Below, piece by piece: positions 31,574-47,301 of a stretch of DNA of 64,000 bases (position 1 is the first letter of the stretch; each line of letters opens with the position of its first letter). Below the pieces are notes generated by a model. The model worked only from the letters and a program-made list of their open reading frames with translations, ran no database searches and was not told the DNA's origin. This stretch comes from the human T2T-CHM13v2.0 reference genome, Homo sapiens. The stretch lies in NCBI RefSeq assembly GCF_009914755.1, contig NC_060934.1; one strand, written 5' to 3'. Position numbers and translations under genes: made by a program.

Positions 31574-31848
31574 CTGGAAAAGGCATGGAACAACCGCATT
31601 ATGATCAGAACCTACACAAACAATTAAGGCCATAAAAATAAAAACAAAAATGTGATGATGACTCATGCAATTGCTATAAAAATTAAAATGAGAAACGAGG
31701 TATTTAACTTAGTTTCCTGTTGAAACAATGTTTACTCTAACTACAAAACAAGCACAGGTATGATAAAACAGGTAGGACTTCACAGTAGACACTTTCCACC
31801 TTGAAACAATTCAGAATTTCCTTTCTTTAGATAACGGTTCCTTTAACT

Positions 31849-32063
31849 CAGTGACTGTAAACTGGGGACCGTGTTGCCTCCCCAAGAACACCTAGCACTA
31901 TCTGAAGGCATTTTTGCTGTCACACTGTAGAGTGGAGTAGAGACCAGGGATGCTCCTGAAGATGCTGCTATACACAGGGCAGCACCTACACCCCGGACCC
32001 TCTGGGACCCACAAAAAACTACCTAGCCCAACATGTCAATAGCGCTGCTACTGAGAAAACTTG
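31849..32063 (+). mobile_element. MER20-like hAT relic
   Basis: GGCATTTTTGCTGTCACA...CCAGGGATGCT...AACATGTCAATAGCGCTG motifs. Confidence 0.65.
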
Positions 32064-32481
32064 CTCCAAGCTTATGTCCAGATAAGGGACTCCTATCATG
32101 GAGATATCATTAGAAACTCCTTAATGTTTATTGAACAACCATTTTAGATGTTCACACAAACACTATTAGTGTTTAAGGACTATAAAATATATATTATTGT
32201 TTTGTTTGCCAATTATAATGTGAATATATGCTCCAGCCTACCATCCCCCAAAGAAAAATATAAAACAAAATAAACAAGAAATTAAAAAGATGTGTGTCCA
32301 CTACAACATATCCAGTGATTTTTGTAGGTGAACACATACTGTTAAAATATTAACTTGGATCATACCTAATTTGTATTAATAGGAAATGACACCCATATGG
32401 TAACCTAATTTGTATCAATATGAAATTACATCCATCATGCATTTGTATGTGATTAAATATTCTTCTAAAACATTATATTAG

Positions 32482-32776
<295 letters not shown>

Positions 32777-33109
32777 CATTATATTATTATGAAAGGAAAG
32801 GAAAAAAACCAGCCTAACTTTTGCACCAACATAATATATTAATGCCTATATCAAATTCCAACATATAGATGTGCCATCCACATTCCATCAATCCCCTATT
32901 GCTTGAAATTCTATATTCTCCACATTTCTGTAAATAAAAATATTGTTGAAACAAACATTCCTGTACATAAATATTTGAGGAAGTTTTTCATCATTTCATC
33001 AGAATAAGTTTTCAGAAGTTAGATACTGGCACTAAGGTAAGACTATTTTTCAGGTTACCAAATGATCCCTAGATTGGTGTTGCCGACTTACTCTCCCACA
33101 ACATTTTTG

Positions 33110-33810
33110 GCATCTGACATTCTTCCCAATTCTACATTTTCATTGCCCATAGGAAAATGTTATGCCCATTAACAATCACTCCAGTCTCATCCTTCCTGTA
33201 TATGGTCTCCTGCCCTACATAATTACTAAACTACTTTCCGCCTCTATGGATTTGTCTACTCCGGACATTTCACATGAATAAAATCATGCAATATGTGACC
33301 TTTTGTGGCTGGCTTCTTTCACTTAATATAATGTTTTTGAGTCCATCCATGTAGTAGCATGTGTCAGTATGTCATTCCTCTTTATGGCTGAATATTTTCC
33401 TTTTTATAGTGATAGCACATGTTGTTTATCTATTCATCAGTTGACAGACATTTGGTTTGTTTCCACCTTTTGGCTATTATGGATAATGCTGCTATGAACA
33501 TTCATGCATGAGATTTTGTGTGGGCACATGCTTTCAGTTCCTTTGGGTATATAAATGGGAGTGAAATTATTAGCCCCCAAATTAGGTATGTATTTAATTT
33601 TACAAGAAACTGCCAAACTATATCTCATAGTAGTTACATCAGTATACATTCTCACCAGGGATGTGTGGGACTTCCAGTGCTCTGCAGGGACGCCAACATT
33701 TGACATTGTCAGTCTTTTTAATTTTAGCCATTCTGGTGCATGCGAAACGAAACTTCATTGTGATATTTAATTTTAATTGCTCTGATGATTAACAATGTGA
33801 AATATTTTCC
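33110..33810 (-). mobile_element. Old L1 (L1MB-like) 3' region
   Basis: GGCTTCTTTCACTTAATATAATG...TTCATCAGTTGACAGACATTTGG...TTTTGGCTATTATGGATAATGCTGCTATGAACATT. Confidence 0.8.
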
Positions 33811-34069
33811 CATTTTCATTTACAAGCCACAAGAACAAAATGCTTTCATTTCATGGCGATGCTAACTTGAACATATATCTAATGATCCACATCACCCCAA
33901 CACACAAAATTTACTTACTTACAAATGCCCCATTGGGAATGACCCAAACTACATTATTTTATATAAGCACATGCTATGGCACGGTGGACTCTGAAATCAG
34001 ACATCCTGTTTGCTGTTTGCTGTTAGAATACTCTTCCTACAAGAGCACGCTGACAAAATCGTTATGCAC

Positions 34070-34680
34070 ACTTACTTTATAATTCCAAGTCCCCTGGCCA
34101 TAGACCTTGGTTCAAAGGTGGGTGTGTGACCCAATCCAGTCCAATAAAGGTGAATTTCAACACCCTTGTTTGATATTTGGAAGTTGGAATAGAGGTAGTA
34201 GTATGCTGGTAAATATAACAACCAACTCTCCGAGAGATTTGTGGCATTTGCCAATTTCCATCGTATAAATACTCCCACGATAGCCAATTTCAAGCTATTA
34301 ACAACAAGTCATTAAATGCAGAATAGGAATAGATGAGCAAAATTGACTCTTGCAAGATGGTGCAACCCAACTCTAGCTTACCACAGGATAGAAGCCATCT
34401 CTCTTTCTGATGTGGGTGAGGAGTACCCACTGTGAGAGCAGCACCCCTACAGCAATGAGAGGAGCCAGCCTTAGGATGAGGCTCACACTGGAGTAGCACA
34501 AAGTAAAAACAGAAACAGTTGAATATTTGATGACATAATTAAAATGCTGAATTGAGAGATTTGAGGCACACCCAACTTTGAAACCTTCCAGAATTAAAAA
34601 CCAATGAATTGCTCCTTTGTGTTTAAACCAGGTTGAATCAAGTTTCCTGTTAATTGTGCCATAAAACCTCCTAATGGATA
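34070..34680. mobile_element. MLT1 LTR with a nested MER63-like hAT element (~34193-34385)
   Basis: TTTGCCAATTTCCATCGTATAAATACTCCCACGATAGCCAATTTCAAGCTA resembles MER63 in reverse; flanks are MLT1-like. Confidence 0.55.
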
Positions 34681-37207
34681 TGGTAGATATTTTCATGATT
34701 AGAGTCACTGTTGCTATTGTTTATACAACCCCACCATCCTGACCATGGTTGATTGATTGACTGATTGATAATTCCAGTCAATCAATGGCAAGGCATGGCA
34801 TCAGACCCAATCCAGGCCAATCAGATGTGTCCAAACTGCAACTGAGTAAGAGTCAATGGTAGGAGCCAAAGATACTAAACTTAAAAAATGTCTGCAGCCA
34901 TGTTTCCTGACACATTAAGGAAGCCAGGCTGCCGTAAGGGAAAAAGAAGTTGTGCAGCAATCAGCAAAAAGAGCGGGGAAGAGAGAGCATGCTGACAGAT
35001 TCTTGTCCCTGGTTTCCTTTGTTCTAGAAGCCCTTCCTTTGATGAGATGAAATCACCCAGTATCCTTCTTATAAACCCTACTTTGTATCTAAGCTAACTT
35101 TTGAAGATAACTTGCCATTCAAAGAATCTTGACAAATACTTTTAAAAAGCATCTCTGTGCATTAAAGAGTTACCACACATTCTTAAATCATTTTAAGAAT
35201 ACATTCAGCTCCTTCGCTAAGTTTCTATTCAGCCTGCAGAAATCTTGAGGTATCAATTCAAGATATACATTTTTAAATTAACCTCAAAGAATTCCCTTAT
35301 TTTGAAAATGCTGGAATAGAAATATTTCTAATTGGGCATAAATCTATAAGTTGAAAGAGTGAAAGACTGAACTTCAATGGCCTTTTCATGTAATTAGAAG
35401 CAATATGATGTGGAAAAAGAGGACAAAAAAGAAATAAGTTAAACTCAGATTCATGGTTTGAATATTGCCAAATTATGTACCTTAGTTATAACCTCAGTAT
35501 TTGTCTTTAAGACATCAAAAGCTCCACTGGAATTTTAAAAAATTCAAAGTAGATGAGTTTGAGAATAAAAAAATTGTGCATTAGTTATAGAAATTATTTA
35601 GCAACAATATATCAAGTTATAAAACCAAAATCACAGAATGTAGGGAAAAATTGCTGATGCTGGATTGAAATCTTGGTCCCACATTTGATCAAATAGGCTG
35701 CTATGCATGTGTTAGGTATTAAAGAGTTAGTTGTTAAGTTGTGGGCTAATGATATAAATGATCACAGTGGCAGTTGTCTTAGAAAACAGTGAAAAGGCTG
35801 TGAAACATAAGGTATAGTGTCACTTATACTTGATTATGTTGACAAATAGTTGATTAAAGGAACTAGCTGAAATACAGAAAGTTCATTCATGAAATGGCAG
35901 TGGTACGAGACATAATCAAAACTCATCAACAATTTATTAAATGTCTGTATTGAACAATAAGGAAGTTTGTTGGGGAAATGCAGAGGAAGTTGACAAGGGA
36001 TTTTAGATTTTTTGTAGATGGCAATAGAATATCAACTAACTAAACAAATTATGTAAGACAGTCTGCTTCTCAAAGCCTAATTCAGTAAAATGTAGAAATT
36101 ATAATATCTGGCAACTTATTTCATGGATTAAAACATTCTTGTATCCTTTCTAGTAGTCGTTTGTTTAAGGTAGGATGTTATGCCCTTTCAAATTCTCTCC
36201 AAAAGAAATCAAACATGTACATAATATTAGAAGCTGGTAAAATTAGCTAAAGTCTAAGAAAATATAAAAAATTAACATCAACAAAGTAATATGCAAGAAA
36301 ATGGATATGTGTGTCACTAGACATTAAGTACTTTACACACATATATCATATTCTAAAGTTCTATATATCCCATCACTGCATTAGATCAAAAATATCAGCC
36401 TGATTCTTCAGTGAGAAGGTGTTGGTGACAGACTAAAGGCATCAGAAAATAATTATATTAAACACTTTCTCATCATTATTGGAAGAGCCAATTGTATGTA
36501 TAATCAAAATATACACAACACTCTCATAATTGGGGTGACTGTCTTCTAGGGAGAGAAGGAAACTTAGTTGAGGTTTGGAAAAACTTCTTCAAGAAGCAAG
36601 ATGGATATCACAGTTGAGTTTATGACCAAGAGGCAGCATTCGATCAGACATATGCGAACTTGTGAGGAAGAGAAGCACCCTGAAATTGAACAATACTTTC
36701 TCCGTGGACTAGAGTCCACGTCATGGGACCGGGAACTCAGTAATTCTTAACTCTGTCTTCAACAAGTGATTTGATAGACATTTACTACTGAAATCTCTGA
36801 GCTGCAAAACGATTCCCTATCATTTGTTTTTATGACTATTTTCCATCCTTCCTAAAAACTTTAAAACATATTCATCGTTTGCAATGGGCAAGGCTCTATA
36901 CCATGCAGTAAAATTTAATTTTTTGTTCTATTTTTCCGGGATTTATTACTGGGCAATGTCTAATTCCAAACTTCATCATAGTTCTAAGAACTATGAGAGA
37001 ACTGAAGGAAAACTAAGGATGAGTAATTCCACAAATAGAATAAACTTGTGGGATTTAGAGTTGGACCACAGTTTTTCTCCAAAGTGGGGGGAGGGCGTGG
37101 GCCGAGACACCAAAGAGGACTAGAGATGAGGGAAAACCCTTTGTTTGGGATATTTCCATGTTGTAGATAAGATCAAGTATTTTCAGGAAATAGAAATGGG
37201 TTCTAGG

Positions 37208-37597
<390 letters not shown>

Positions 37598-38430
37598 CTA
37601 GGCAGAGGCACATGAATTACCAGGCAGCAGTGACTGAGACCTATCATCTGTCTTGTTAACTTTACCCTGAGTAGCTGGGAGACTGGTCTCCTCTACGGAG
37701 GCATGATTCAGAGGAGGGGGAAGCATGTACTAGTATACAGCTAAGTTCCATTGCGCACGAAGGCCAAACAAATTAAAGCAAATTGGAGTGTAACACAGGC
37801 AAACGAGGGATTTCACAGAAACTACACCATCTGCTCCAGTGCTCTGCCAGTTGAATAAAATATCAATAGGAAACATTTCAAAAGGACCACTGCCCACTTT
37901 TTTCTAAAGTAATGTGGAATGCGACCACATTCTGAGTTCTTTAGAAACAACTGAGAAAGCAAAGAGAAGAAACAGCAGTTGAGCAATACCAGTTTTTAAA
38001 AAATTTAAATAGGAGGAAATAAAGAAAACTGACAAAGCTCATTTATTGTGCTTCTTGATGGGGAGAAAAATGTCAAAAAGAAAAATCTAAAACTAATTTT
38101 TTTTTACTTTTTTTCTTTAAGCTTTCTATTAGATATAACCCATAAACTGGGACTTCAGTTAATCCAAGAGAATTTAGGCAAATATTAGGTGTGAATCTGG
38201 GCCCACTCCTGTTGGGGCTTTGAAGCCATCTCTAGAGGACAACAAGCAAAGGCATTTGTCCCTTTGGTGTTTCCACCTCACGAGCTAAGCGCTGCTGCAC
38301 CCTCCAATGCTTGTCAAGAATTACTGGATCTGAGAAACACTGAGTTTACAGTTTACTGCGTGTAGAATTTTTAAATTGAGAATTTCTAAATTCCTCATTA
38401 TCACCAAGGTGAATTAATGTTACTACCCAA

Positions 38431-38757
<327 letters not shown>

Positions 38758-41255
38758 TACTATCTAATTTTAATGAAAGAATAATCAAGGTTTAGAAGGC
38801 ACTGGCTTGCTTCATTTTGCCTCAAGAAGTGCTTTATCTATGAAATAAGAAAACTGGATCTATAATTTTTTTTTTTTTAGCAGATTGAGGGCATCTAGTT
38901 GGCCACATGAATAATGAGAACACAAAATTTTGGACTGTTTAATATTTGGGAAAATAAAATAAGCAGTTATTTAATAATACCAGATTCCAAAATGAGGACA
39001 AACATCAATGGTCTGTAGTTCATGGAATGTCTAGTACTGGAAATGTAAAAGTAATGAGAAAGTTAGAGAAATTTAGACCAACATTAAACTTGGAGCAACT
39101 TACTTTGTGGTAAGCGGAAAGTAGGTCACTGAGCCTTTGTAACCTAAGAGTTGAGTGTGGTTCAACAATCTGTATTTTTCCCTTCATGGTAAAACCCTCC
39201 CTAAGCAGTTGTCAATGTTTAGTAGACGCCATATAGGGACAAGTGTGTTTCCTCACAGTATTTTGTAGCCTGGGATACCACATCTTTTCCTTGCCAATCC
39301 CACCTTTTGTGCTAATGGTCCACCAAGATGACAGATCTAGAACCTTCATCACCACCTAAGTCAACACTGGCTCTGCTGGGATCCTGGGCTCAGAAATACT
39401 TAGCCATTTGAACAGAGTCTCTCAGAAACAGTTCCAAGTGCCTATAGCAGCTAGAAAGGCCAAGGCTCCCTCAATAAAGCTATGACCTTCCTTCAGAGCA
39501 ATTCTCGGTTTCATCCCAATATATTGCACATGAATCCCTCAGGCTCACTTTAGAAGGGCTGGGGAAAGGTTACTTTTACTGTAGCTAGCGAATCTGTAGC
39601 TCGGTGATGGTATTCAATAAATGTCAGCATTGATATGGTTAAGGATAAGAAGCTAATTATAAAATAAATTTGATTAAAGTCACCCTTTTGGGGAATCATC
39701 ATAATTAGATGAATCTATAGCCAGAAATTACTCAGGCAGCAGTTTGAAAATGCTGAACACTTAAACACTGGAAATGTCACAAGGCATTGTTGTAAGGATA
39801 CCATCTTAGAAAAGAATCAGTCTTCAACTGAGTGAGGATTGGCAAATCCATTAGCGGAAGCAGAAATCAATCTAACATTATCTGACTTTCAGAACTACTA
39901 TTATACATATATAATAAATATATATTAGACACACACATACACACATATATAGCAAAGTGCTATATATATATAAGTATCAGAAATAAAGGTGAAGTAATTT
40001 GCACAAAGTCACTTGAATAGCAGTAAGTGGCTGACCTGGCATTAAGATCCATCCTAAATGCTGTGCTCACTTTCCCTGTACTATACTGAGATATTCCAGG
40101 GCTGCTCCCCTTTTTCTCACCTGATCAACTGAGCTCAGGGAGCTGTCTCAGGTCATGATAGAGTCTCTTATAATAATACATATACCACTGGTATCAGCAT
40201 TGCTTTCTGTGGCTTTATAGTACAATTACTAGAGTCTCCTTTCTTAGTCTGAGTGATACGGTCTTGTGAGATGCACTGTTTATTTAACTTAATGACCACA
40301 AACACAAAATCCAAGCCACATGTTGTTCCCCTGCTATTAAAATAATTGTCCTAATTATAAAAATAACATAAAAGCTATAAAGAAGAAAATAAGCATCTCG
40401 AATAAATCTATCACACAGTGGTGACAACTCTTAATGTACTGGTTAATAGCCTTATAGATTTTATTCACACACATTATTTTAGAAAGAAAATTGGATCATC
40501 TTATACAAACTATTTTACCCTCCCTCAAGCCTTCATATATCATGGGCATCTTTTTATGGTACTGGGATTTTGGGCTAGCAAATGCTGAAAAGATGACACT
40601 TTACTTTATATTCCATTTTTACAGTGACATACATTGATTTACACTTGGCATTTTTTTAAGCAAACACATGTGCTGAAAATTACAACTGCAGAGATGTATG
40701 AAAAGGCAGTGAGGTCATAGGAAAAAGGATTAAGTGAGACAAGCTTTGTTAAATTTATCCATTTATGAGTTCTGACATGTCATTTTTATAAACCATACAT
40801 TTCCCAGATGTTGAATGCTATAGAACATTTTGCAAAGTGTAACTTTTCACTGCCATGAGAGACTAACCCAAGAGTAAGAAATTTCGAATATACCGAGGTA
40901 GCTTGACAAATTTGCAGATAAATTGTGGTTTAGAAATAGAAAGCTGATATGTAACAAGAAAATTAATATGGTTATGAGTGGTTGAAAATACCCATCTATT
41001 TGAAGGAATTTCCTTTCCACTGTGTGAAAGCCTCCATCTCCATTAAACACCAAGTGGTGTCTATTGTCAGTCAAAGCCCAGCCCAAATCGGCATCTCTAC
41101 TGTTCCCTCTGCCAACGGCCCATTCCCTAGAGTGGGAGAATGAACACAGAGGGCACTTGTGGCCAGGAACTCAGGCACTGAAGAGTCAGGACTGAGAAGA
41201 TGAAGATGACCGAGATGGAGCAGAAGAAAGAACGCCCAATGGTAGTATTTACTAA

Positions 41256-41672
<417 letters not shown>

Positions 41673-42029
41673 TGAATGTGGGTGTGTGTGTGCACACGTA
41701 TGTCTATAAACTTTAAATGCAAGTGAATAAATTAAAAGCTATGTTAACATGAAACATTTCAGACTTATTTTCTTTAAGCAATTTATGCAATACTTGTGTT
41801 GTTAAAGTTCTGTCACTATTTTTTTACTTCTAGATGGAATACATAGAATAATACTTGTATTCTTTAAAAATTGGATGAAATTTTAATCACGTTTACATTA
41901 AATCTACTCTGTAACATATTTTCAATATTTTCTTTAAATGGTGAGTTTTAGACTTCTGCCTCTACTTACTCCTCATTCATTTCTGAAGAACCAATTAGAG
42001 TTTACTTAAGAATGAACTTATCTTCCAAG

Positions 42030-42884
42030 GCTATTATCAAAAGACAAGAGATAAGTTTTGGCAAGGATGTGGAGAAAAGGGAACTCTTCCTCGTACACTT
42101 TTGATGGGAATGTAAATTAGTGCAGCCATTATGGAAAAATGCATGGCAGTTTCCCAAAACATTAAAAATAGAACTACCATATGATCCACCAAGTTCATTT
42201 CTGGGCATAGATCCAAAGGAAATCAAATCAGCGTGTCCAAGAGATTATCTATACTGTCGTGTTCATTGCAGCATGATTCATAATGGCCAAGACATGGAAT
42301 GGACCTGAGTGTCCACCAGTGAATGAATGGATAAAGAAAATGTGGTAGATATACACAATGGAATACTCTTTGGCCTTAAAAAAGAATAAAATCTTGTCAT
42401 TTGTGACAACATGGATGAACCTGGAGGACATTATGCTAAGTGAAATAAGCTACACACAGAAAGGCAAACATTGCATGATCTCACTTGGATGTGGAATCTA
42501 AAAATGTCGAACTCATAGAAGCAGAGAGTAGAATGGTGGTTACCAGAGGCTGGTAGGGTATGTGGGAGTGGAGATTTAGGATATATTGGTCACAGGATAC
42601 AAAATTTCAGCTAGGAGGAATAAGTTCAGGAGATCTACTGTACAACATGGTGCCAATAGCGAATAACAAGGTTGAATACCTGAAATACTTGATTACTTGC
42701 CGAATACTTAAAAATTGCTAAGAGAGGTTTTAAATGCTCTCCCCACAAAAAGTGCTAAGTATGTGAGTGAGCAGACATGTTAATTAACTGGATTTAGCCA
42801 CTCTACAACATGTACATATGTCAAAACATGTTGTACACCATAAATATACAATTTTTGTTTGTCAATTAAACGTAATTTTTTTAA
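42030..42884 (+). mobile_element. 5'-truncated L1MA (L1MA8-like) 3' end, antisense to CUBN
   Basis: ORF2 C-terminal zinc-knuckle remnant (ORF 42120..42308, QPLWK..W.F.K.L.IELPYDP) plus L1MA 3'UTR; flanked by a 22-nt imperfect TSD. Confidence 0.9.
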
Positions 42885-42898
42885 AAGAATAAACTTAC

Positions 42899-43048
42899 CT
42901 TCTAAGTGGAAGGACACAAAAGTCAAGAGGACCACTGACAGAGGATTAGCCTCTATGACATAGGTGCAATTCATGTTGTTGTCATATTGTTTTGGGTAAT
43001 TTGGAGAAATGATGTAACCTGAAGGGCCAGTGAAATTACTTCCACATC
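42899..43048 (-). CDS. CUBN: CUBN exon (probably 56), 150 nt, N-terminal half of CUB22: [22 protein letters not shown]...TFVSFHLE
   Basis: Acceptor TTCCCACATAG|GA and donor GAAG|GTAAGT; phase 1-1. Confidence 0.95.
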
Positions 43049-44103
43049 CTATGTGGGAACAAAAAGTCATCATCAGATCATTTATTTCTCGTGTATCTAT
43101 TTTGTCCATGAAGGAAAGAGGCATTTTCCTAAATTATCTATAGACATAGTTCCCTGAGATATTCCAAATGGAAGAAGCAAGAATGAAGAGAATAAAGCTC
43201 TGATTTAAAAACATACATATGTGCTTAATAAGAATATTATACATTTTTAGAAAATGCTGCAGAGTTTTATGGACTGAGTCCTCGTAATATTACCACAAAT
43301 CTACTGCAAATCCCTTAATATTAAGATATTAAGAAAGGATAAACGAGCAATGATAGAATATGGTTCATGCAGATAAAGAAATAAAACAGATAAAAAATGA
43401 TTTGTATCTGATTAGTACTTTACACAATTAATGTTTTTAAAATGTCTTATTATTAGAAAACTGCTATTTTCATTACCATTGTAATCTAGCCAAAACAATG
43501 GTTGCTTTTTAAAACTAGCTGGATTTATTAATCCCAACTCTTATCAAATTCTTACATGCATCCCTGGTTTTCGAAACAGAAAGAAATATCTTTTCACCAC
43601 TAAAATGATTTGTTTTCATATAACCATTGACTAGTTAATCCACTTCACTCTCTGATCTATCAAGCACGAAAATATCTCTATCCTTTTAAATTGACATTAA
43701 AACACACACAAGTACACACGTGCACACTTACACAGTGGACCACCTGCAGACCTAAGATTTGGTCTAGGGTTGTCTTTCAGTACTTCCTTTCCAGCACTCT
43801 CTGATTCAGTCTGAAAAACCTGTCTACTGTATTACTTCCTCTAATTCCTTTCCTCAAACTTTTCCCTAAACAGTGGTTTGCCATGAGTGGCTACACTTGA
43901 TTTAACTCAGCCAACAGGCACACACCATTGCTTCTCTGACTTGAAAACTGCTACATTTCCCACGAATCTAATAGTGTACAATAGCTAGAAAAGGAGATCC
44001 ATCCTTCCTAATCAAAATTAGGAAAGAACATTCCCAAAGAAACTGGCTCCCAAAGTTGACTTAGCATGAGAACCCTCTGGATGACAGTTAAAACATGCAA
44101 GAC

Positions 44104-44453
<350 letters not shown>

Positions 44454-44856
44454 TCATGGAAATTCTGAATTCAGATGGGCCTGGAGTGAGGCTCAGGAAT
44501 CTGCATGTGTTTCAAGCCCCCCACGGGATTTTGTGGTCAAGGTGCCACAGGCCAGCCACACTGGTTGTTGCTAACGAACTAGCCATCTGCGCTTCTGCCC
44601 AATATCAGCCCACTCTGGATGCCAGGCTTATTTCTAGACGTTGGTTAGTGCCCCTCATGGCTTTTATATCACTTCTCAATTCAGTTCTGTTCTCACTGCT
44701 ATTTGGAAGAAAGGTGTCTTCTTGGGATTAGGTGACTCATCCTCCCCGTAGACCCCCATACTCCTCCCCTAGACCCCCAGGTTTAGCCAACCCTGCCTGC
44801 CTGTGACAACCACACTCCCGCAAAGACCTCTGGGTTTGGTTCTTAGGGCTACTTAC

Positions 44857-45013
44857 GGCTAACAAAGGACGCGGAGAAGCCCTGAGCTGGTGCCTCCTGA
44901 GACTGGAAGACGGCAGTGAATGTGTTACTTGGTGTGATAACGGGACCCGGAGCCACGTTCCCACAGCCAGTGGCTAGCAGGGCTTTGTCCACCTCCTCAG
45001 TTCCTGCCCACAC
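44857..45013 (-). CDS. CUBN: CUBN exon (probably 55), 157 nt, C-terminal half of CUB21: [52 protein letters not shown](R)
   Basis: Translated by hand (the ORF track shows only another frame); acceptor GTCCGTGCTAG|GTG and donor GCC|GTAAGT; phase 0 to 1. Confidence 0.93.
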
Positions 45014-46992
45014 CTAGCACGGACATACACAGAACTTTAATGCTCAAGGGTTTCCCATCAATATTTTAATGCACTTAGGTTTCAAAATAATGGCACTCAC
45101 ACGTATACAGAACTAAGCATAAGAGTAAACAAAACATGGACAAATCTGTAGTATTTTCTTTTGAGAATAATTTTTTTAAAGCTGTTTTTAAAATAGCATG
45201 TCCCATTCTTGACTTCTCTAAGGAGATGGTGTTCCTTTTTGCATAGCTGGGTGGTGATTTTTTAAAAATCCACCTTCCTGGATCACTGTTCGGTTTCCTC
45301 ATAACTTCTAGTTGCCCTGACCTAGCCGAGCTTCCCGGGTGCTGAGGGAGACGGAGCAGCCAGGTGGAACTCAGCCCTGCTCCTGGGAAGATAGCAGATT
45401 GTGGTCACAGCTGGACAACACCAGCAAGCAAGAGGCACATCGTGGTGCATGAAGAAAGTGGGCATGAATTCCAAGTATACGTATAATCAGCATGAAATGG
45501 AATAAATCAGAACACTTCTTGGCTGTGTGGAATTGTAGGGTCCATTTTGATGAAAAGCTGACATCCAGTCAGTGTGTGCTATTCACCAAAAATTTGGTTG
45601 GCAACTCCCAAGTAGACCTGGGCTGTCACTTAATTGGTCTGGCCACCTCGAATGACTGAATTTATATACTCATGCAAAAAACAGTTGCTAGGAAATAAAC
45701 GGTGAGCACCAAAATTCCAAATCAAACCAATTCTTATCAGTCCAGGGAAAAACAGAGACATGAATCACAGAATCATAAATTTACATGCAAAATTCCAGCT
45801 ATAAACAAGGCATTATGATGGGGCTGTTGAGAATATATAATTGGTGGCTTTACCTAACTGGGGGAAGTGAGCCTGCCCCGAGCGAACCCCGATGGCAGGA
45901 AAGGCCGTGGCTAGTTCAGAGAAGAGAGAGAAAACCAAGGAGGAAGTGGTGAGGAAGCCTGCAGAGGGGGCTGCAGGACACGTTAGAGACTCGGGCCACT
46001 GTCCTGAATACAGCAAGGAGCCACCAGGAAGATTGGTTTTTGGAAAACATTACAATTCGGAAAATAGGAGTCAGAAAGGATGCCGGAAAACAGTCAGGTA
46101 GGTTTTGCCCTAGTTCAGGTGAGAGATCATGGTTATCTACAATGCTGAGTCACTCAAGGAAAGTATGCATATTAGGTAATGAATATACAAAACTTGGGGG
46201 AAAAAAAACCCCAAAAACATTAAACATATTAACCAGAGAAGCTCGTCCTAGTTCAGAGGTCTCAACTAGGAGCAATTTTGGGACCTCTGGCAAGGTTTGT
46301 AGTCATTTTTCTATTGTCACACTCGGTGTGATGGGTAGTATCTAGTGGGTAGGGGCCAGGACTATTGCTAAGCAATGTGCAATACCCAATATGCCCTTTC
46401 TCTCAACAGACAACTATCTCAAACAAGGATGTAGTTGGATGTGTATTAATCTTACTTGACTATTCAACATTTTCTTCACATGGAATGATACCAAATTACT
46501 CATTCCAAACACATCTCTTCTGAAGGATATTCCTCACCCACAGCAATAAAACATCAAGTCATTAAAAACATTTCTATTGGGAAATCAGTCCATAGCAAGA
46601 GATGTGAAATAGCACTGATTCATAGCATTGGTTTAATAATTCTCAGCTCTTTAAAGCTGTATTGTTTCAATTGATTTTTAAGCACTGGGTATCCAGCTGT
46701 TAGTCATCCTACTGAAGACAAATTATATTAGCCATTTATTAGATAAGGGAGCTGCCTGGCGCTGGACCTACTGAGAACAAAAGTGCAGATATTCTGCCAA
46801 ATGCCTAAGATCAATAAAAATGTCAGGAAAAAAAATGCACCTACTCAATTTTACTTAATGATCTCTAATTAGATTTCCCCCTAATAATATATCCAAGGAA
46901 ACAGTATATGGCAGTTTTTTATCCACATTTCATAAAATTATAAACACAATTTATCAATAGATAATCTGTATATATATTTTATATATATATGT

Positions 46993-47301
46993 ATTTTTTT
47001 GAGACAGTCTCACTCTCACTCAGGCTGGAGCGCAGTGGCACAATCACAGCTCACCGCAGCCTCGACCTTCTGGACTCAGGTGATCTTCCCACCTCAGCCT
47101 CCCAAGTAGCTGGGACTACAGGTGCGTGCAACCATGCCTGGCTAGTTTTTTGTATTTTTTTGCAGAGATGGGGTTTTCCCGTGTTGCCCAGCCTGGTCTC
47201 AAACTCCTGGACTCAACTGATCTGCCTGTCTTGGCCTCCAAAAGTGCTGGGATTACAGGCATAAGCCACCATGCCTGGGCCATATACTATATTTTTACAA
47301 A
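46993..47301 (-). mobile_element. AluJ
   Basis: Reverse Alu with J-type motifs. Confidence 0.88.

Noticed and set aside
32364-32435. Short tandem duplications (also 48363-48398 and 61413-61475)
   Set aside because: Ordinary slippage products with no sign of function
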